Assembly (NCBI GenBank): GCA_951406725.2
Contig: OX597831.1
Coordinates: 37,510,001-37,574,000, forward strand
DNA: 64,000 bases
Reading direction: 5' to 3'
Origin: Octopus vulgaris
Lineage: Eukaryota
The notes under the pieces were generated by a model. It made no database searches and had not been told where the DNA came from. It saw nothing but the letters and a program-made list of their open reading frames with translations. Positions 54,680 through 64,000 of this stretch are shown here, piece by piece; the first letter of the stretch is position 1, and each line of letters begins with the position of its first letter. The position numbers were made by a program, and so were the translations under genes.

Positions 54680-55670
54680 TGTCTCAATAATGGCAAAGAG
54701 TGAGTAAGGATGACTAGCAGTTGTAAGAAGTGAACGGAGGAAAAATATTCACAGTTAAGAAATCAAACAAGGTTGTGAAAATATTCTACCCAATACCAAA
54801 AAGTTTGTAAAAGTAGTAAAAGATTTGCAAGTTGTGTCGATTTAAACACTACAGCAACCTTAGATATGCATAAGATATTGTCGCTGTCTGATTATTATCG
54901 AATGAGATAACCTACAAAACCTTGTAACCATAGTAATTGACAAAAGAATGCTCGATAGAAAAGAAAATATTCAGTAAAATTGATGGTGATATTAATAAAA
55001 AAACAAAATTTTTTAGAATAAGTATGTATAAAGTGTAAAACCACGAAAAATATTATATTCTGGAAAAAAATAGCTAAGTGGAAAACTGTCAAAAATAATA
55101 TACCTGGGATATATACAGTTAGAGAAATGGGAGAATGTGAAGCTGAAGTGTAAACGTGGATTGAGATAGGAAGGAAATGATCTGAAATAATGTGAAGCAT
55201 ACTAGCATGAAGAAACATTAACATGGAAGCCGGAAAAAAGATTATCAGAGTGGTGTTTATGTTCAACTCTACTGCATAGATCTGAGACATAGACATTAAT
55301 AAAGGTATCAACGAATAGATCAAGAAGCCTTTGATAAGTGGCCATATGGAAGGCATTCGAAAATAAATACTAGTTACAAATACCAAACCAATGATAACGC
55401 AATAAGAATGGAGAAAAACAATAATCTAAGAATGTTTTATTGGACACCACACTAAAAAGAAAGTCAAAAATATTTTGGACACTTAGAAACGAGATACAAT
55501 TAATGCTCGACAGATAGTGCTAACAGAAAGCAAAATTAACAGAGAAAAAAGGAAGAGAAAGGCAAGAATATTAGTGTAGGATTGTATCACGTATTGGAGA
55601 AACGTAGAATACAGGGGATTTGTAAGAAATGCGAAAGAAATTCTGAGAATGGCATTCTTGGTGTTAAGCC
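54680..55670 (+). pseudogene. Degenerate RTE-clade LINE, RT C-terminal part
   Basis: Remnants GECEAEV..IEIGR, VYVQLY/STLLHRSET*TL (cf. STLLYGSETWTL), EAFDKWPYGR..KI (cf. EAFEMW.YRR.LKI) and FIGH. Confidence 0.7.
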
Positions 55671-56130
55671 TATCGAGATAATGAAGACGATGATAAATAA
55701 ACGCAAACACACAACATACAAAATAACAAATATGTTTGCATGCTACATTGTACCTTCTTGGGTTCATATAACTATTTTCTCGACAGAATTCGATGGTCAG
55801 CGTGCTATAGAGCGATTATGAGAACGATTGATTGCTTGTGCGAGCGATTGACGTAAGCATTCTGTTAATCGAAACTATAACAGGTTTTCGATTTTCAAGT
55901 CGAAGCTCAACACACGTCTTTGGCCAATCATTCACGCCTGTGTCATTAATTACAACTTACTAGAAGATTCCTCTACCAATTAAGATTCACCATAGTACTT
56001 CACCACTTTCCATACATACATACATACATACATACATACATACATACATACATACATACATACATACATACATACATACATACATACATACGTACATATC
56101 TACATGCATGCATGCATACATATATATATA

Positions 56131-56962
56131 CAGGGTGCGATTAATATAAGTAGTCTAAATCATATTTTAACATATATATTTAGCAAAATTGCATAAAAAT
56201 ATTTTGAAATACTAAAGACTAAATTTATTCAATAAAATCACCATTGGCTTCAACCACGGCCTCCAACTTCAGAATCTCCTGCAACTCTTTGAAACGGTTT
56301 CATTGTTTAAGTTGGTGAATGCTGCCATAATTCTTGCCTTCAGTTCATCTTTGGTATTACAAGGAGTTTTGTTAGTCTCTCGTTCAACTTTGCCCCACAT
56401 ATAATAATCAATGGGGTTACAGTCTTGGGAGTTAGGTGGCTAGTTGTTAGAAGTGATGTGGTCGCAGAAATTGTCTGATAGCCATGACTGGGTTCTCCTG
56501 CTTCTGTGGCATGGTGCAGAGTCCTGTTGCCAGACATGGGGTCTTTAAGCAGCCACCAGGGCAGCACTCCCTCTCTCATGCACTTGATGTAGGCCTCCGT
56601 GTTGAGTCGGAGGCCGTGTGGGAAGATGAATGGAGACGTAACGTCACCATATCTAGTGATCACTCCAAACATCAGGATGTTGGCTGGATGTTTGATTTTT
56701 ATCACTCTCAGTACATGTCCTCAGACTGACACTCAAACACTCTGAAATGTTCGTATTGGAGCTTTCGGTGCGAATACCAAGCAGTAGAGCATACCGTTTC
56801 CTAATTTCTGGTAGAGTGAATTGCGTCGTCATCGTGCTGTTCTACTCACAGACGATTCCCAACTGACCCTACTATACAGCATTCTTGAAAAATCTAAAAC
56901 AATCGATGTGCATGCGCGAAATTAAAAATATAAAATCGTTGCAATTTACCCATCGCACTCTG
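56131..56962 (-). mobile_element. Internally deleted DD37D (maT-type) Tc1/mariner transposon
   Basis: TA-flanked termini CAGGGTGCGAT / ATCGCACTCTG; minus strand VWQQD-(37 codons, including *PPNSQDCNPI)-DYYMWG, and KHPANILMFGVI upstream. Confidence 0.88.
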
Positions 56963-57109
56963 TATAAATACGTGGGTGTGTGTGTGTGTGTGTATAATCT
57001 TTCTTTCTTCCACTTCTTTCATAAAGACAAGCCGTGCTTTTACCTGTCTCTTCTCATAGCTCGTCTTTCTAGCGTTCATAATGTTTCACATCGTCTTGGC
57101 TTAACAGAC

Positions 57110-57500
57110 CTCATCGTTTGTTTTTGCTGTCTTGTTCTCACTGTCCTGTTTTTATTACCACTTCCAACTTGCGCAAAAAATCTCGAATTTTATTTAAGTT
57201 GCTTTGCGGGAAGGACTGTTTCAAGGAAGTCGCGTATTGTCCTTACCTTCGAAAACGCGGAGTAGATGAAACAGGGACAACTGATGAAGGGAATGTTCTT
57301 TATGCTGCATGCCTCGGTTCTCTGTTTTTATAGTTGTTAGAAAAATGTTCGTTTTCCGTGTTTTTGTCTTTGTTTTGGTTTCTCATTGTGTCTACGTTGT
57401 TTTGATCTCCTGTACCAATATATGCATGTATATATACATATATATGAAGGTATGTACATAAATGCAAGTATATACGCATATATTTATATATTATTTATAT
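57110..57500. mobile_element. Unclassified ~400-bp interspersed repeat, copy 2 (inverted relative to 46330-46745)
   Basis: Reverse-complement similarity to copy 1. Confidence 0.75.
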
Positions 57501-57596
57501 TATATATACTATATATAATTACATATATATATATATATGTATATATATATACATATATATATATGTATATATATATATGTATATATTGTATATATA

Positions 57597-57655
<59 letters not shown>

Positions 57656-57816
57656 ATAGTGGTTGTATACTATCAGCGTAACGTGACAGTAAGGGAATTA
57701 AACCACCGCTGTTTAGCCCTAGGAAGCATCGACGCTCCCTCTCGGCCTCGACACATTTCCAGTGTCCTTATATATTTACGAAGGGGAGACAAATACCCCC
57801 AACAGCTAGGCCTGCA

Positions 57817-57863
57817 TCTAGACACACGCATGTTTCAGGGTCTTTGCCCATCATCGGTCTAGA
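57817..57863 (-). ncRNA. Hammerhead-like motif with U4C core and G at the cleavage position
   Basis: Minus TCTAGA-CCGATGA-T-GGG-CAAAGA-CCC-T-GAAA-CATGCGTG-TG-TCTAGA; flanks (cagctaggcctgc / gcagaggcctgctagctg) can extend helix I. Confidence 0.65.
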
Positions 57864-57925
57864 GTAGCAGAGGCCTGCTAGCTGAAGATATCGGTCTAGA
57901 CTTCCTAAATATATATATATATATA

Positions 57926-58316
57926 CTAGCAGTATCGCCCGGCGTTGCTCGGGTTTGTAAGGGAAATAATTATATAAGCATTTTTAGAAATATAAAGTAT
58001 AATAGCCATCTCAATATGGCTAACCACAAAGGGGAGGGGTGTTACTGTAGCTTTTTACGTTCTGAGATTTAATAATAAATTTTAGAGAGTTACTTCCCTT
58101 ATATATGTCAAAAATGGATTAAAAATGGGAAAAATTGATGGTAATTTTTTTTTAAATCGTAGATTCATCGTAGACGCGCGCTAATACCCAGACGGTCTCG
58201 ATATGAATCACGACTATAAGATACCCGGTTTTGGTTAAACTGCACCGCAAAATGTGGGAGTAGTTAGGAATCTAAATCGTAGGAGACAGACACACCACCT
58301 CACTTTTATATATAAA
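57926..58316 (-). mobile_element. Non-autonomous Helitron
   Basis: Plus A|CTAGCAGTATCG-CCCGGCGTTGCTCGGG is a 3' hairpin plus CTAG on minus; the other end agacagaca...cacttttatatata resembles the 5' end of the 27.4 kb Helitron. Confidence 0.75.
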
Positions 58317-58414
58317 TATTTCCTCTATTTACATAATATTGAGGTCTTTTTCTTTCTTTTGTTATCTTACTGTTTTTACCAATATACATATATATATATA
58401 TAAATATATATATA

Positions 58415-58737
58415 GTTACAGAGATGTACTTGCATAGCAAGTGACTTGATCTGAGATCGTGTGCTGGAACGAAAACAGTTGCAGCGTTGAAGGTGTTTAC
58501 AAGCCATTTAAGAAACACACAAAAACCGTTAGATTCACTTCAACATTTAAATTTAATTTGTCAAAATATTTTCGTCGCTTTGAGACCGCGACCTGTTAGC
58601 ACGATATTTTTGTCAGTGAACAGGTCGCGGTCTCAAAGCGACGAAAATATTTTAGCAAATTAAATTTAAATGTTGAAGTGAATGTAACGGTTTTTGTGTG
58701 TTTCTTAAATGGCTTACAAACACCTTCCACGCTGCAA
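58415..58737. mobile_element. Inverted pair of family H2 repeats (arms 58479-58597 and 58619-58737)
   Basis: ~119-bp arms are near-perfect reverse complements with a 21-bp spacer. Confidence 0.9.
58609..58659 (+). ncRNA. Hammerhead motif with covaried G3-C8 core
   Basis: TTTGTCA-GTGAACA-G-GTCGC-GGTCTCAAA-GCGAC-GAAA-ATAT-TT-TAGCAAA; the other copies end TGACAAA, giving a 7-bp helix I. Confidence 0.7.
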
Positions 58738-58819
58738 TATATATATACACACATATATATATATGTATGTATGTATGTATGTGTGTATATGTGTATGCAT
58801 GTATGTGTGTGTGTGTGTG

Positions 58820-59040
58820 CGTGTCTGTGCTTGTGATTGTCCTCCACCACTGCTTGACAACGAATGTTGGTTTGTTTACATACCTGTCACCTAGTGGTTT
58901 GACAAAGGAAACAGATAGAATAAGTACAATGCTTACAAAAATAAAACTGGAGTTGATTCATTAAACTACAATTCTTCAAGTCATTGCCCCAGCATGGCCA
59001 CAGACCAATGGCTGGAAAAAGCAGAAGAATAAAAGAATAC
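58820..59040 (+). mobile_element. SINE family A, 3' half
   Basis: gcttgacaacgaatg...gatagaataagtac...gccccagcatggccacag. Confidence 0.8.
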
Positions 59041-59089
59041 ATTCTCTGCTTTGGTCTTATGTTCAAGGCATGAGAAAGCTTGAGTTTAC

Positions 59090-59370
59090 ATGAGAAGGCC
59101 TAACAGACCTGGTAGAAACAGCAGCCAAATATCCCTCAAATCACACCTTACTGTCTTATGTATGTATATATATATGAGCCAATGAGGGGGACCTCTACAT
59201 GGTAGCTAGACCTGGTAGAAATAGCAGCCAAATTTCCCCCAAATTACACCTTACTGTCTTATCTATGTATATATGTATGTATGAGCCTATGAGGGAGACC
59301 CCTACATGGCAGCTAGACATGGTAGAAATAGCAGCCAAATCTCCCTCAAATCACACCTTACTGTCTTATC
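59090..59370. repeat. ~107-bp tandem repeat x ~2.7
   Basis: agacctggtagaaa.agcagccaaat..ccc.caaat.acaccttactgtcttat recurs at ~59106, ~59207 and ~59315. Confidence 0.88.
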
Positions 59371-59639
59371 TTTCTGCTACTTGGATATAGGTCTTATATT
59401 CGTCGTAAAAAACTTTCCTGTCACACACTCACGCACACGCACACACACACACACACACGCACCCTCACACACACACACACGCGCACACACACACACACAC
59501 TCACACACACGCACGTTAGCTTACAATTTTATTTATATATTTGCGTGTCCATGTGTGGAAAGAGGAAGTGGGAGGCAGAGTGAAAGAATCACTCACTACA
59601 GTAAGTGAATTACTTTCATTTTATTCGTTGCCCACTGTG

Positions 59640-59880
59640 TGTGTGCGTTTGCGTGTGGTGTAAACCAGACTAAGAAAAGCATTTGACACACACACCAGAA
59701 TGTGAGTTTTCTGTAAATTTTGCTTAATTGGAGTTTAAATTTTAAAAACTGGAACTGGCATGACGCGATGCATTCTACTCTTAAAAATGCTAGGTAAATT
59801 GTAATTGAAGAAATCCTATATTGTAGATTTCTATAACTCCCAAAGGGAGGCAGATAAAATCTGCCTTTTATAATAAGAGA
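59640..59880 (-). mobile_element. Probable Helitron 5' fragment
   Basis: Minus A|TCTCTTATTATAAAAGGCAGATTTTATCTGCC resembles Helitron 5' termini; 3' end not found. Confidence 0.4.
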
Positions 59881-60767
59881 TATTTTCAGTGAAATTTATT
59901 CACTGATCACCAAAATCAGAAATATTAAATTTCTAAATATCTCATAGAGATATGTACGCTGATGTATATATATATAATATATATACGTAAATTGATGTTA
60001 AACTGATGGTATTATTAAATTAATATCTAATTTTTTTCACCCTCATTTATAAATATATATATATATATATAAATACAGGCACACGTATTAACATATCTAT
60101 AAACACACACTTAGGATACGTGTCCAGTAGCAAGCAAGTATATCAACATTAACATACATGTAGGTATGTATACGTCTGAATGTTTTCCACATAAACACTT
60201 GAACGTAAATACACATACGCATACCCAAATCCAAAATACTCGTGTAGTTTTAATTATATTCTTGTCTCTTAACGAGTTTTGTTAGTGCTTTACATCTTGC
60301 AGCGCCTAACTGCTTATTATTAATTGCTATACTGATATTATTCTACTTAAACGAGACATTTGCGGACAGAAAAGATCAGCAGAAAGAAAATAAAACATGG
60401 TAAATTGATAATGCACAGTTGCTCCTACCAACAACTCTGTTTTATTCAGCTGCTTGACACCTGGATAACCGGAGGTAAAAATCTAAACATCAGCGTATGG
60501 TTAATAGAAAAGAAGCTGAGGACTATTTAATATCGTTGACTACCAATAAACGCCCACACAAACCCGCAGATATGCACAGATATTTGTAAACTTGCGTGTC
60601 CAGATATACACTTACACGGGTAGGAAAAGTAACTGAAACACATCGATATGCACTGGCGCATGCCTAGAATTTTGAAGCTTACTTATACAAGCAAATCACT
60701 AAAATAATTACATACATACAATCAACAACTCACATTTACACACTGGCGTGTAGACCATATATGTCTG

Positions 60768-60965
60768 TGTGTGCTTGTGTTTATATGTGAATATATGTTT
60801 ATGATAATATGTGAATATGTGAATATATGTTTATGATGATATGTGAATATGTGATTGTATGCATATTTGAAGGCGTTTTCAATACACATAAATTTCTTTT
60901 GTATACACATATGGTTGTTTGTCTATGTACACGTGAATGTATGCTTGTGTCAATATAGGAATATG

Positions 60966-61003
<38 letters not shown>

Positions 61004-61053
61004 AATATATTTATGAGTATATATATATATGTATATATATATATGCATGTATA

Positions 61054-61090
<37 letters not shown>

Positions 61091-61408
61091 ATATGTTTAT
61101 ATCTATGTTTATATATTAATATGTATATATACATATGTACACACAAACATACATTCATGTGGGCATACAGACACGCATGTACATTCAAACAAATATTCAT
61201 ATGTAGACATAAGCATGCATTCACGTGTACATAGGAAAAAAATCACATGTATATCAAAACACAGCTTCACCCGTACATACAAACGCCCTTTCACGTGTAT
61301 ATACAAATACATGTTTATGTGTGTATTAAACATTCATTCAAATATACATACAATCACACATTCACATATTCTCACAAACCTATGTTCACATATAAACACA
61401 AGCACACA
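60768..61408. repeat. Imperfect long inverted repeat around a (TA)-rich spacer
   Basis: tgtgtgcttgtgtttatatgtgaa vs ttcacatataaacacaagcacaca; ctatgtacacgtgaatgtatgcttgtgtc vs gacataagcatgcattcacgtgtacatag. Confidence 0.8.
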
Positions 61409-61999
61409 TTAGTAGGTACCCAAACTTTCATTTACACATATACACACAATCACATGCACGCAAACACATTCAGATATAGGCTCAAACAGGCGTACAAGCA
61501 CACGTACATATATACTCACAAACTCACATTTACATATTCACGCAAACACATGTTCACATATAAACACAAACACATTCTTACACACACACAAACACACATT
61601 CAGATACACTCACAGACGCGCCTTCAAATATATACACAGACACACGTTCAACACATTCATATATTCAAATGAAAGCGAAGCAACAAAAAATTCAGAAAGA
61701 CAAGCCTGCATTCATAGACACGATTCATGCAAACACTAAATCATACAATGCCACATAGAAAAGAGCAGTGAAACATACATACGCAAACACAGACGAATAA
61801 AATTGGCTGTTGATTCGTGTAATTATTTCTATTTCATGATTACTTCTTGTAAAACAAGTTTTCAGCTATTTGCAGAGGAGAATAGAACCTAACAAATTAC
61901 ATTAATGAAGCCTTTTTATTACATATTCTCAATGTTTGTTGGTACATCAGGACTGGCTGCAGTATAATAATGTTCACATTATTGACATCCAAGTTAAGT

Positions 62000-62392
62000 A
62001 TTTATGGTTCATCTCCCTGCAGATCTCGTCCTATCTCCATCTCCCTGTAGACAGCTTTAACTCACTCACTGGAATCCTTATCGTTGTTGTTGATTATACT
62101 TGACCGGCCAGACCTTGGATCAAAGCATCTAGGTCATGACTTTTCGCTCGCTCATTCTATTCAAGTAAGACTGTGCCATATTATCTGATTTTCTTTATTT
62201 ATGGTTGATCTTCCTGCAGATCTCGTCCTACCTCCAACTCTCCATAGACAGCTTTAACTGCCTCACTAGAATCCGTATCGTTCTTGTTGATTATAGTTGA
62301 CCGGCCAGACCTTGGATCAAAGCATCTAGGTCATGACTTTTCGCTCGCTCATTCTATTCGAGTAGTACCGTACCACATTATCTAATTTTCTT
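62000..62392. repeat. ~197-bp tandem duplication
   Basis: 62000-62193 resembles 62197-62392 (shared tgaccggccagaccttggatcaaagcatctaggtcatgac). Confidence 0.9.
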
Positions 62393-62924
62393 CCCATTTT
62401 AAGAAGGGAGGTTAAATTCTTTTCTAATTATTTGCGGCTATTTTGAGCATATAAATCTCGGGTGAGAGATCAGAATTTTTTCTTGTGTGAGAGTTTCAAA
62501 GAAAAGATCAACTCTCAGTTACAGAGTGGGCACAACAGCAAAAATACAGGAAAAAGCGCTGACATAAGCTCTATCAATGCTGCAATATAAGGCTTGAAAT
62601 CTGAAGTTATTCATGGTACAAACAGCAACCATGAAAACAGTCTAACTCCGCCGTTGCGCATGTTGTAATTGTTTCGGCGGGTTTATTTTTTTAAGGCTAA
62701 ATGTCACTAGCCAATTTACATCATTGCCTAGGGGCATTTTGCTATGTAACATGTATTACAGAGGATCTTTTCGTTGGGATTAAACGTTCCTTAGTTTCTT
62801 ACTCTTTACATGTGTGGGGTATTGCAGTTGGTTGAGGTCCTTACCACTAATCAATAATGTCGTTCACTGGGTGCGTTTCATTTCACACCATGGTGGTACT
62901 TCTTCGCTCACGACGAAGAAGGTT

Positions 62925-63182
62925 CCAGTTGATCTATTCTATCGTGAAATTAACGTGCAAGCGACTGAGCAGTCCACAGACACCAGTACCTTAACGCAGT
63001 TCTCAGGGTGAATTACTGTGACTCAGAATGAGACAAGGCTGTCCGTTTGGATTACAGGAACATCTCATTTTTACTAGCTTAAGCAACGTGTAGTGAAACA
63101 ATGGGAAATAATGTGTGTTGCTCAAGGACACCGCTCCGCCGATCTTAAGCGTGATCCCCTAATCACTTAGCTACGTTCCTTT
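62925..63182 (-). mobile_element. Diverged SINE C2 copy
   Basis: cgtgaaattaacgtgcaag.g.ctgagca.tccaca is the reverse complement of 38215-38250. Confidence 0.75.
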
Positions 63183-64000
63183 ATACACCAATGATAGAGA
63201 TCCCTTTCTATTTTCCCGTCATTTGTTATTTTATTTCTATAGCTTTTAAAGTTCCGATGCTGTTTCTCTTCCTAAACATTCTATAGCGTGGCAAGTACAT
63301 AAAAGACAGTATCTGAATAAGACCGTCATGTACCTTCCTACGATTAATTTATAAAAGGATCACACACACACATGCACACACAAAGAAGGAGAGGGTGAAG
63401 AAAGTGATAGAGAGTGAATAAGACTCTATCAAAGTATGAGCATTTATATATAGAATGAAAAATCCGAGCGCAGAATTCTAGAATATTCAAAAAGAATTGA
63501 AATTGGAAAAGTACAGTACAAGGGGTAATACAATAAAAAGTGCAGACACAGAATGCTAGAATATTCTTATGTCTTGAACATGGAAAATTACAGAAGATAA
63601 AAACAAAAACTTAAAATATTGTTGAAGTTAGAATTTTAAAGCAAAAATAATAATAAATACACTTATATATATCTTTCCACAACGGTTTAAATCAAAATAC
63701 TCAAGAAGCTATTTATTTTCATTTTTAGTGAAAAGATTAATTGCCTGCAAATTTACACGTCAAAAATTTGATATTTCATATTTTTATATTTAAAAACTTA
63801 CACAATAGCAATTTGAGTAAAATTGACAATGTATTATAAGCCCAGAATTTTTGTTTTTTTGAGAGTCATTTCTACATTTTGTACTCCATTTGTTCCTTAG
63901 CTTTCATTTTCGTAAATATTCTTCTAAAGTAAACAGAGTATAATTTGTCATCTGATAATGCACATTTAAAAGAAATTAATTCTTCTGTTTCTTTAAAAAA

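Noticed and set aside
59090-59370. CRISPR-like repeat/spacer pattern
   Set aside because: Units are ~107 bp and spacers are homologous; eukaryotic tandem repeat with no cas genes.

Overview
AT-rich, microsatellite-dense eukaryotic DNA with no host protein-coding gene that I can support; most ORF-track entries are translations of simple repeats. The SINE repertoire and microsatellite load look like an octopus (cephalopod) intronic or intergenic region, which is inference from recalled repeat families. Contents: about 30 tRNA-headed SINE copies from at least four families; LINE remnants (CR1/L2, RTE, and two R4/Dong-type families sitting in microsatellites); a Penelope-like RT remnant; mariner and DD37D (maT) remnants; non-autonomous Helitrons; MITEs; and several fold-back structures. 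The strongest unexplained signal is a dense set of minimal type I hammerhead-ribozyme motifs in short Penelope-type repeats. At least 12 are well formed, from several families, and several have atypical cores (G3-C8 swap, U4C, A6U) with palindromic helix III. All folds and alignments were read by eye, and element boundaries are approximate (about 10-30 bp) unless termini are quoted.
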